Assembly (NCBI GenBank): GCA_009602725.1
Contig: WELB01000023.1
Span: forward strand, 127,027-191,026
Source of the DNA: Spirogloea muscicola
Lineage: Eukaryota
Reading direction: 5' to 3'
DNA length: 64,000 nt
Positions 12,211 to 25,907 of this stretch are shown in pieces. The translations under genes and the position numbers were made by a program. Below the pieces are notes generated by a model. It did no database searches. It saw only the letters and a list, made by a program, of their open reading frames with translations, and had not been told where the DNA came from. The stretch's first letter is position 1. Each line of letters opens with the position of its first letter.

Positions 12211-15200
12211 ATGCACGGCCATGTTCATGGCCTCGGCCGCGCTGCGCGGGAGCCGCCGGGGGGCCTGGCCGCAGGGCGCGCGAGGCTGGCGGCGCTGGCG
12301 GCCAGCCTCTCGGAGGACGACATAGAGGACCCCGAGTCCCCGCTGCCGAAGCTGCAGGGCTCCAGGGTGCTCGGCCCGCTGGCGACGCGCGGCGCGGCGG
12401 CGCCGAGCTACCGCGAGCTGCTAGGCGAGCCCAGACAAGCGGCTGCAGGGCGTGGGCCTGGACAGGCTGCGGGGCTGCCAGCGCTGCAGTCCTTTGCGTA
12501 CAGGCCCCCTTCGCAGGCAGGAGGGACAGGTGCCTCCCATGCCGACGGGAGGGCAGAGGCTTCCGTGTCGAGTGCAGACGGACCAGACGGCGTGCACAGT
12601 CCCGAGGACATGCTGCCGATGGCCAAGCGCAGGCGCAGTGTCATCGAATTGGAGGAGAGCACTGACGAGGCATCGCCTCTGCCAGTCATGAGGCGATCGT
12701 CTGCAGCTCTGGAGGTAAGAGTCGGGGCTTTGCCAGGGAAAAGAGCATGTTGTTTGAGCGATCACGAAGCAGGCTTCTCTTATTGTGGGGTCAGTGTACT
12801 GATTGTTGTTGTCCAGAATTCGTCGAAGATCGGATGAAGGAATGCAGAGCATTTGCAAGGGCATTGTAACAATGTCTAAACCCTTGACAACCCTAAGCAG
12901 CCCGAGGTTCTCATCCCGGTCTTGTTGGCAGGTACAAAGACCTCCTGAAGCAGAGCCACCAACTGAGAGGAGGCGGGTACTTTGGAAGAGCAAAGACAGT
13001 GTTAACAGTAAGACCAACTCACACTTAAACAAGTAGAGTGACATTGTGTTCTGCATGAGGTGGTCTCCTGGCGTGCAGGTTGAATGCAGATATTGGAAGC
13101 TGAGAGGTGCAGAGAGGAAGTGAATGCCCGCATCATCCCTAGTTCCAGTCAATCCACTAGCACTTTACCTTGTATTGATGTGCTAGCCTGGCCTCATTCA
13201 TTCTCATTCTCATTCACCAGAAGAGGTGTTCAGCTCTTCAGATTGGTATGCTAAGTTGTGCTGGCATCCTGATCTGGAGACTTGTTGCTGTCTCTCTGGG
13301 TCTTAGAAGAGCCAAAGGACAATGGAGTTGGTGACATCATCAACGCTGATTCGGACTGTTCAAAGCTCGAGTCTGACGAGCTTGCTCGTAGGCTGCAAGA
13401 GGAAGAGGATCTAGCATTGGCCAAGGCTATTGCCTTGGAGGCTGAAGAGAACGACAGAAATATGACAGAGCAGGTCAATCCTGGTGACGCCAAGCATGAA
13501 TTGAAAACGTATAATTGCATATTTAGCTCACAAAATAAGGAGATGTTGCGATTGATATATTCAAAGTACATTGCACCTTGAAGTTGTTGATGGAGATCAT
13601 CTCCTGTGATACAATCGCGTTGACCAGCTCTTCAATCTGGCACTGAGATAGTCTCTTAGCCTATCGCTTACGGGATATGCTTGGTCACGCAGGAGTATGC
13701 ACAACTGGCGACCAATTTTGGTGCTGCATCAGATGGTCGCGGTACAGGAAGCTTGGTGGCGGCAGACAGCGATCCAGTGCTCGTTGCATTGAGGAAGTGT
13801 GAAGCAATTGCTGCTACACTGAGGAGACAATTAACGGCTGCGAGTTCCAGCAGTAGTGGTTTTGCCAGGGATTGCTATGCTGAAACCGACACATCAGTTG
13901 CTAAGCTTGTGACACAGGTACTTGCATGGTGTGCTTGACCTCTTAAGTGGTCGGCTACTTTTTGCAAGCACTTTGCAAGCAGGCATTGAGCAGAAGCTCC
14001 TAGATTGTGATGACCTGGACTCAGCATCAACCATTGACAACACAGGCGGATGCATCAGCAGCTTGTGGGCGCCCAAAGAAGAGGAAGCAAGTGCCTCTCA
14101 AGCCATACCAATTAGTGGGTGTGAACTTTCTCCTCATGCTGTATCGTCAAAGAGTTGGTGGAGGTGAGCCTCAAGGGAAAACAAACTCAAATCTACCGAT
14201 TACCTATTGTGTCAAGGATTTTATTTTGCGTCACTGTGCTGCAGTTTCTGCAGTATCGTACGGCACGTATGGACCATGCCATAGAGCTCGGTTTGCACAT
14301 TACTGGCACTCATGATCCTTGGCTATTTGCCTTTTTGCAGCAATACTGGCAGATGAGATGGGGCTTGGAAAGACCGTCCAAGCCATCACTTTTCTTGCTG
14401 TCCTAGCCTCGTTGGAGAAGAACCCGGGGCCACATCTTGTGGTGGCCCCAGCATCTTTGCTTGAGAATTGGCAGCGCGAGCTCAAGATGTGGTGCCCTGC
14501 CTTCAGTGTCACTCTCTACCATGGCTCCAGCAGGACCGAGCTGAGGGAGGAGCTTGAGCAAGTGGCTACAGAGACGGACTCTGCCCCTTTCAATGTCCTG
14601 CTCACTTGTTACTCCCTGTTTGAGAGAGACAGGTATGATAATCATATCCTTCTGAATTTGTACTGCTTCTTGGTGCTTGCTATAAGGTGAGTTATGGCCA
14701 GCAACTATGGAGAGCAACTCAATCTACACCTATACAGCGGTCGTGTGACTGTGTTAATCATGTATCTTCAGTGTGCTACTTGCAGTACAGCACAGAAGGA
14801 GGACAGAAAGTTTCTCAGACGGTGGAAATTTGCTTGCGTGTTGATGGATGAGGCTCACCTCCTCAAGGATAGAACAAGTGGGAGGACACGCAGAGTCAGA
14901 GCAATAGCTCAAAGAGCACGCTTCAGGCTCATGCTGACAGGCACACCACTGCAGAATGATTTGCAGGTAAGTGTAGCTCCTAGTTCACCAATCTGAGTCT
15001 GAATTTCTTTACTTGACCTGCCCATATATTATCATAGACAAGTTCAGCATTAATGTCTATCTGCGGCCTTTCAGGAACTATGGTCCCTTCTTGAATTACT
15101 CATGCCCGACATATTCAACTCAAAAGAGTATGATCTCAACGTACTCCTGGGGAGCCGAGACAGTGCCATTGAAAGTGATGAGGACGACCTCATCCCACGC

Positions 15201-17189
15201 ATGAAAGCCATCCTGGGCCCTTTCGTGCTGCGGCGGATCAAGGCCGACGTCATGAAGCAACTCGCTCCCAAATTGCAAGAGGTAAACTGCAATGCAAAAC
15301 ATACGAGTCCCAAGTGGCATAGTTGAGGCTCTTACAGTGCTCAACAAATGGCAGATGCAGTCATGACCTTCATGGTCATAGCATGAGTATTTTCCGGCTA
15401 CATATGCGTTATAGCTGAAGGCAACCTCTGAGGTTGATATGCTGTGCAGGTTAGGGTGTTGGAGATGGAAGAGGAACAGGCCAAAGCCTATAACAAGGCT
15501 GTTGAGGATTATCGAGGAACAGTAGCCATGCGAAATAATGGCAACTCAGGAAAGGGTGGCACTCTTGACAAATTGCCAAAGAGGCAAATTGCTAACATAT
15601 TCACACATCTTCGGAAGGCAGGCACTCCTCTTAGTCTTCTGCAGAGTCTAGAGGCAAATTACTCAAAGATGCTCCATGCATAGCGCTTGCCACAACAGTC
15701 AGACACCAGCTGCTTTGATGCCAGTGCAGACTCTTCTTTTGCATGTATGAAACTGCAACCTTGTGAATCCTGTCTCATGTACTGGTTCAGTGCGAATGCA
15801 GCTGGCGAACCATCCCCTATTAGTACGACAACAGTACAGTAGCGCAACACTCCCGGCGCTGGCCAAGGTGCTGCATAGGGTTGGGGCTTTTGGTCACGGG
15901 TGCAGTGATGAGAAAGTACTTGAAGAGATAAGCACGTATAGTGACTTCCAAATTCACCAGGTAGAGGAAGGATTCCAATGAATTTCTATTCTTTATGTAT
16001 GTTGTCACTTTCTCACCTTACTGAAGAAATTGAAGCTGATTGATCCTGGTCGTTGGACCTTTCTTGATTATGTAGTACATGGATGTTACCCTCCAGGCAA
16101 TGATCTGCTCAAGCAGTGCGTTCTTTATCACCCTCGTTGATATGCTTTTCATCTGAACATGCGACCTTACCATCTGCAGCTATGTGTCACATACAGCCAC
16201 GACCTGGGGAGCTATGCACTTAAGCAATCAAGCTCCTTAGCTTCTGGCAAGTGCCAGGCAAGTTGTGGGTTGCCCTTTGTACCCCAAGCGCCTGCTACTG
16301 CAGATTCACTTACGCAAGCATACATCCTACAAATCTCTGAGCATTACCCTCCTCATTATTTATGACAGGCACTAGCAAAGCTTCTGCCTAAGCTGAAGAA
16401 GCAGAACAAGAGGCCTCTGATATTCAGCCAATGGACGTCAATGCTCGACATATTAGAGTGGTCCTTGGATACATTAGGACTCAGTTTTATCCGCCTTGAT
16501 GGCAGGTTCGTCAAAGACATCCTTACAGCCCATTGTCTGCTGAGCTTTTTCCAAGCAGGCTTGATGTGATTTCCTGCTTGTCAAGACAAGTGCTTACATT
16601 AAGCTCACTGCTTAGCTGTTGCTTCACCACCTACAGCACTCCAGTTGTCGAGCGACAACTGATGGTCGACGATTTCAACAACAGCACAGAAGTATTCGCG
16701 TTTCTATTGTCGACAAGGGCTGGAGGCCAGGGCCTTAACCTCACGGGTGCGGACGTTGTGGTGCTGCACGACGTGGATTTCAACCCCCAGATTGATCGTC
16801 AGGCTGAGGACCGATGCCATCGCATAGGCCAGACAAAGGCTGTCACAGTGTACAGGTACCCTCAAGGAGCACTAGATGCATGAGCACTGCATCAATACTA
16901 GGTGGTGTTGTCCTTTTGTCTGTGGCTAGCGTTCTGATGGAAGTGTGAAAGCACCACCGCTGCATTCACTTGAAAACTGATTGCATATGGCATCTGTGAA
17001 CCTCTATTTGCTTGCAGATTGATTTCAAAGGACACTGTAGATGAGAGCATCCTAAAGATAGCACAGAGGAAGTTGAGCTTGGATGCGGCAGTCCTTGAGC
17101 CCGCTGCGGAGGATAGCAAGCAGGCGGATGCAAGCGAAACAAAGGCCATGGGAGAAATTCTCTCAGACATCCTGCTTAAGAAGGAGTAG
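12211..17189 (+). CDS. CHR19: SNF2-family chromatin remodeller CHR19/ETL1/SMARCAD1-like, multi-exon
   Basis: [67 protein letters not shown]; stop TAG at 17187-17189; start approximate. Confidence 0.92.
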
Positions 17190-17361
17190 TTAATTACATT
17201 GCAGGCCAGCAAAAGGCAGACATATATTATGAGCATCCTTGTGGTGCTGTATAGTGCAGCCTTCTTGACTGCATTGGCTGTCAGCGACCGAAGACCCGTC
17301 ACTAATTCTGTCAAAAACAACTGACTTCAACTTACAGTTCCATCCATCCTGCCATTGCCTC

Positions 17362-17510
17362 GACTGTTCTCGGTCATAGTCGACTGCGTCCCCTATCCGG
17401 TATTGTAGGCCCGGCTCCCCTGATAAATCTACCAGACTGTTCTCGGTCATAGTCGACTGTGTCCCCTATCCGGTATTGTAGGCCCGGCTCCCCTGATAAA
17501 TCTACCAGAC
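17362..17510. repeat. Tandem duplication, 2 x 73 bp, one mismatch
   Basis: gactgttctcggtcatagtcgactg(c/t)gtcccctatccggtattgtaggcccggctcccctgataaatctacca starts at 17362 and 17435. Confidence 0.95.
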
Positions 17511-18227
17511 GTAGAAGAGAAACCCCTGCCAAGTTGACAAACCCCCGAAAACCCCTCACGCCCACCCCTCCCCCTCCCCCCCCTTTTCCTCCACCTCAAT
17601 ACCAGTCACTGTTCCGTGGAACAAGGCAAACCGTGTAGTGTATTGAGCTGCCAAGTGGATCTTAGACCTAGGCTGGTGAGGGTGAAATGGCGCTGCTTAA
17701 TGTGGTTCTGTAGCGCCAACAGCTTCACTTAGCCCTATCTGTCCTATCAGCAGAACCTGTGGTACGCTCGCTGCGGGGAAATTGCAGTGGGCTCTCTAAA
17801 GTGTCGAGAGATATTCTGAGAGCACGGCCAGCCACGGCAGGCTATGCACGAGGGAAGTACTACGCAGGGACAAAATACAGATTGCCTGTACAGGACAGCA
17901 CTGAAAACCAAACCCACATCTCTCCAATTGTCCTCCTTTTAGTCCCACCAAGTCTCAGATACACACTGGCAACAATGGAAAAAGTCTCCCGTAAATGCTT
18001 GATATCCAGCTTAGTCTGGGGCGGACGTTGTGTGGGGGTGTTACTTGTCCCGATTACTACGGTATTGCAGGGACACGGCACAGATTCAAAGCACCTGAAT
18101 TACCTCTACATGCAAGTGACTTACAAATCCCAGTCAATCTCAAAGCAAGGCGTAATGTACAGTTCCATTTCAGGGATAACGAAGGGCTTGCTGACGAACG
18201 CCAACGGCCCAAAGCAACGCCATGCGA

Positions 18228-21200
18228 TCAGCCTTGGTAGGAGACATGCATGCCTCCACTCTGGCCCTTATCCTTGTGGAGGGATTGCAAAAAACCCTCT
18301 GGAAAGGCGACCTGCACACAGGCAGCAATCTTGACATTATTTAGATATCATGTGAGTCAAAATCCAAGCCCACTGCATGCCCCTGGACCAGGTCCTGATT
18401 CGCAATTGTCCATGTCAATTGGCCCGCACAGACCTTCTGCATGCCTGCGCCCTTCAAGCGAGGATGCCGTAGTGCCGACAGTGGAAATGGCTCCGCTGGA
18501 TTATAATGTTTTGAGGCCATTGCAACTTCCCAATCTCTGACACTTTTGCCCTGCATCCAGAACCGCCATACAGTTCATCTTGATTGTAAAATTCCAGACA
18601 GCAGGCAGAGTAGCTCATCAGCATGACAGAACAGCAAAGCAGACTCTGAGGCTTCCACTTTCAAGGCTAGAGAGTGAATAGCTGCAGGCCTCATGTGCTC
18701 AGTTTGCCAGTACCTGCATCAGCTGCACCTCTAGCGCGGCTGCAGAGGAATAACCCAGCAGATATAGCGGCACCATCCTGCAAGAACGCTGCCAGTGGCC
18801 GAATGCCTTCTGGACCTCTGGTAATTTTCGAGGCTACCTGATTGCCAGCACCCTAACCCTAACACCTGAATATTGCAGCGCATAGCTTCTGCAACAGTAC
18901 AAGCCTGAGCGCCTGCTATCGAGCCTTCTAGCTGGCCCCCAACCTATCACCTAACTGTGAAGCGGGCGAGATTGAATTGGTCTCATGCAAATCATGACAA
19001 GCTGGAGATATCATCTAGCCAGACATCAGTACAACAGTCATTATTGGAGGCCGTTCTTGACAATAACAAGGGTAGCCAGGGTTAAAACAGTTCTCACTTC
19101 CTCATCTGGAGGACGGCTGAATGCTCATCACCCTCCCAAGTCACAAGAGCCTGTCACTTTGAAACAACCAGAAGTCTCATCAGGATGCTTGAAACTGTAA
19201 AGCAAGCAAAGAAGCAAGTATGACACTCTTGGAGAACTATGAATCTTGTGAACAAGCCACACAAAAAAGTGGAATGCTGCTTGTGTAGCAACAGAGAGAA
19301 GTCAAGTTCCGCACCTATGCAGACTTGCCTGTCATGTCTCATTCCCCACCTGGTTTCTCATGTCTAATCTGCAACCACTGGAGTTGCAATAAATGGGAGG
19401 CGAGAATGGAGACCTGAAGGTGGGAGAAGGCAACTCGCATTGTCTCGCCGAGGCACGGCGGTGGAGGAGGCTGTTGGCCCGCAAACACGCACTTCAACTC
19501 CTCAAAGAGCCATGGCCTGCATGACCTGCAGGAGCTTCAGAAGCTGCCTGACCTTGCAGGTCTTACTTGGCGCTTGCAATCTGAAGGCAGTGCACTTTGG
19601 TCCTGCGAGCAAGATGTCAGCCCCTAAGCAGCAGCATGATCCAACAGCAAGGAACCCATGCTAAGCGCGTCACAAACAACACTGCACTCCGTCATGGATG
19701 TCAGTGAGAGCCAGGAGTACTCGGCTCGTGCCCTGCCTGCCCAGGCAGCCGCGGCCGATGATGACGCCTGCTGCCCCAGTCTCTCGCATCATTCTCAGCG
19801 CGTCCCAGCACTCCAGTACCTGAGCATCTTGCCAGCGTACTTTCTTCAGCCTCGCTGCATAGCCTCGCTGCATTCATTCCTTCGGGACTCACTGGTGGTT
19901 TAGCGCGTTACTTATGAGCTGGACTGACACTGACATGAAATGTTCGTGCAACAGCTAGTAGAGTGCCTCACGTCTCCGTTCCCCAGAACAGGGATGCTCA
20001 GGTGCGCCGCAAGGGTGGCAATGGCCTCCCACCGCACGGGGGGCGAGTACAGCTGCTCTGCTGTGCGCGCGTGGAGCCCGACCCACGTTGCACCCTGCAT
20101 GTACACACAACTTGCATGCACAGATGACTGCCACCGCAGCTTCTCCAATCCGCAAGACTTGCTGTATAGATGACGTGAGACAGGTGCATGACAAGACTGC
20201 TAGAAATGACTCTCTGCTGCTCTAAGCAGCATATAAGCAAGTCTGACATTGGTCAACAAACCCCGTCCTGCGCTGCAATGCCCGCTGTCTTGTACGTGAG
20301 AAGCTCCTCGCTGATGCCCAGCCGCATCTTGACGGTCACTGGCACCTGCGCTGGCGGCTCTGCAGCGAGTCAGGGATCTGAGCAGCCGCCACAGCATCTT
20401 GCAAGCCGTCCAGAGAAGACACTGACCTCAAAGCGGAGCTTAGTGTGAACCTTGACCACCTACACCAAGATAGACCTGACCCCCCTAACCGCTAAGTCCC
20501 TTAACTCCTGCCAAGCACACTGCTAACTACTCTGGTAAGGGTGGAGATGCACACCGAAGGCCCTGCTGCTTTGACACAGGCCGCCACAAGCTGCGACACG
20601 AGTCGCGGCTGCAGCGGTATGGCAGCGCCCCCGCCCCGCACGGTCACCTTCCGGACCGGGCAGCCGAAGTTGAGGTCGACATGCTCGACCCTGATCGGGG
20701 CCACGCGCACCACAGGTCCGTCAGCAAGGCCTCGCTCGAGGCCTTCTGTCGCTTCTGCTGCACAACTGTGTGCAAGAAATGTTGCGCTGAGTGTCCACAC
20801 AGTGTGGAGCCCGATGTGGCGAAGGTGGCAGGCATGGGTGCCGGGTCTGACCCCTCGCGGTCGACGAGGATGCGCGCGGCCTCGGCCAGCACCGCGGGCT
20901 CCGTGCCGTACAGCTGGACGGACCGCGGCCGCTCGGCCGCGCCGAAGCCGGCGAGGCGCAGCGTGCGGGCGCAGCCGCTGACGACGAGGTGCGCGGCCAC
21001 CATCTCGCTGACGCACAGGCCGGCCCCGTAGTGCCGGCAGAGGTCCCGGAAGGGCCGGCTGCGCGGCCGCCGCCTCAGACGACTCATTAGGGTTTAAGGG
21101 TTTCAGGGTTTAGGAATCTTAGGGGTTTAAGCTTGTCCCAGAGATCCCGGGCTACTGCGGCAATGCCCGGTGGCGCTTCTTGCGCAGCCCTCGCTGCGAT

Positions 21201-21335
21201 GGCACAGCGACGTGGGGCGCCTCGTCGGCAGGGGCGGGCTCGGCGGCCCGCCCCGCTTGCCTTCGGAGGCCCCTCGGACGCGCGGCGCGGCCGGGCGGGC
21301 GCGGNNNNNNNNNNNNNNGCCGCCGCCGCCGCCAT
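18228..21335 (-). CDS. tRNA-dihydrouridine synthase, DusB/NifR3-like, with probable organellar transit peptide; N-terminal LAPM motif not found
   Basis: PFRDLCR…VSEMV, SVQLYG, HVDLNFGCPVRKV (catalytic Cys), VTVKMRLG, LHARTAEQLYS, VLGNGD, IIGRGCLGRPWLF; last exon VAFPEGFL…YQG*. Confidence 0.88.
21087..21129 (+). repeat. Degenerate telomeric (TTTAGGG-like) tract inside the DUS gene
   Basis: ttagggtttaagggtttcagggtttaggaatcttaggggttta. Confidence 0.7.
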
Positions 21336-21857
21336 CGCCGGCAGCGAGCGGCGCGGCGGGGGCGGCGGCGCGACCGGAGCCGCCGGTGCTGGGATCCTGA
21401 CAACTGGCGGTGGTGGTCCTGAATCCGCTGTGGAGCCGGATTCTTTGGGCTCCCGCTGGGAGGGAGCCCGCGCGCGGGAAGTGGAGGGGGGGCCCGGCTG
21501 TTGGCCGGGGCTCGGGGGGAAGCGCCCGCCCTGCTGCGGTCGGCGCATGTTCCCGCACGCGCGCAGGTCGTTCGAGGCGGCCTCGGGCGAGAGCCGGGCC
21601 GCGCCGAGCCCATTCGATGCACCGCCCGAGGCGGCGGGGGTGACGTCTCACATGGGCCGCGCATTCGGCGCCAGAGGGGGGGTGCTGCTAGGCCCCTGAT
21701 CCACTCGGGGCGCGGGCGGGGGGCGGCGAGGCGAGGCGCCGGTCACAGCACTGAGGGCGGCGCGGGGAGGGGGGTGGGGGAGGAGGGAGGCGGCGGCCCC
21801 GCTAGCCGGCGGCCTCCCCCCCGGGCTTCGAGCTCACCACTCTCTCCGAGGGGCGTC

Positions 21858-24209
<2,352 letters not shown>

Positions 24210-25077
24210 GGAGCTTACTGCGAACATGGAAGGAGGTGCAAGGAGCACGTCACTGCTGGTGTCGCGAGCTCATTGCTGGCCACCTTGCCTTTTAGAAGCG
24301 TCTTAGTGAGACCACCATGTTTCAGCAAGCTTGGGACCAGCGCCTGAACATGGAAGTAGTGTATGACTGGCTGGCAATGTCAAGAACTTGCTCTCTTTGT
24401 GCGACATCTCTATTCAGATGCCCAGTGCTAGATCTCAACATCAGCATTCCAGTCAAGTCAATGTCTTAATAGATCAAGGGATTCAAAGGCAGCGGCACTA
24501 AGTTTCATTTCTCTTAGGCCCTGCCAATCATTTTGAGTCAATTCTAAGAACCCTTCATTGCGTTTTGGGCAAGTGGCACGCATGGCCATGGTGCTTTGCA
24601 AGCCCTTGGATTTTGAACACCAAAGTAGGGCAATATGGCCCACTGCATCTGCAGCTCCTCTGCAATGTCGGCTGGCTCCTCCATGTATGTTGATCATGTC
24701 CATAGTGGAGTCAGAGATCTTTGCTGGTGAGCTGCTTCTTGGGCTTCGCAGGAGAAGTCAGATAAGAGTAGGACACGCTGTCCGCACCACTGCAGGCTCA
24801 ACAAAGGGGGGCGTGGTCAAGTTCTAGAGGGCCGTGCCCCCACCACGCTCATATCACCTAAGCAGAATATGCCTTCTTTCTTGACTTGAACTTAGACCAT
24901 ATTACTACTTCAACAATCGTGTAGCTCACGATCTAACGGGCTTATAAGTCGGTCAGCAAAAGAAGCACATAATAGGAAGACATCACGACACGTGCGGAAG
25001 AAAGCGCCGTTGCCACAGACCTCAGTAATTCTGCTCACTTGTGCCGGAAGAACAATTGGCTCAGTGCTGTTACTCCG

Positions 25078-25140
25078 ACCTTGTCCATTCCTTTGGGCTG
25101 GCTTCTCACAGCCACCAGTCAGTTTGGACGCGCTTCTTTT
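25078..25140 (+). mobile_element. Short retro 3'UTR fragment
   Basis: ttgtccattcctttgggctggcttctcacagccaccagtcagtttggacgcgct matches 45895-45950 and 59388-59415. Confidence 0.65.
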
Positions 25141-25907
25141 GAAGCAGCCGCATTCATTTTTACTCCTCATATATCCGCGCTTGCCAGGCTGGGAATGAGT
25201 CCACTTGAATTGTGGCATGAAGCTACCTCCTCAGCCCCTCCTCACTGCTCTAAAATTGTTGCAAAGCTTCGCAGAAGCTTTGCTTTCCCACTCTGCCTTT
25301 TTGGGGGTTTGTGGTGGACTGACTGTTGGAGTAGGCAATCTTCAGGCAAGAAGCGAGGTTTCCTCAAAAGGTGGCTTCGCAGACCGAACTGTGTCTACGC
25401 AAGGCAACGAAAGGTAGTACATCGTAGGTGCTCACCATCCTTTGCCCTGACCTGAGTGTCACACGGAAGGGGCTGGCCTTTTCCGTCTTACTCGACCTTT
25501 GATGCAACCATACATAACCTTACCCACTTGCTGCAGTCTTTGCATGACCAGCCGGTGATCATTTGCCAGTATACGCTCTTCAGATAGACGGACTTCAGCT
25601 TTATGATGGTGATCCAACATGGTTGTTAGGTATTGCAGCTGACAATGTGTTGTGAGGAGCCAGAAACCCCCTGCCCAGCCTTTCTGAGAACATGGGCTGC
25701 CAGCTGGAAGCATGTGATGAGCTCCCCCCTCCCCCCCCCCCAGTCCCCCTGACACAGTCTGTAGTGTACTACGATTGCCCGACACAAGCAAGCTGTGTGC
25801 AGAGCTGCGGATGTACATTCTGACTGATAGCTTTAGGCTCCTCATAGGAATGGCATGAATGCATGCCAACTAGTGTTGCATTTAAATAAGAGTGTACAAT
25901 ACGACAT

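Noticed and set aside
17362..17510. Possible CRISPR array or hammerhead ribozyme in the 73-bp repeat
   Set aside because: No spacers, eukaryotic context, and ctgataa is not a CUGAUGA core with a properly placed GAAA
17759..18334. 191-aa plus-strand ORF
   Set aside because: Non-ATG start, no recognisable motif, antisense to the DUS last exon and 3'UTR
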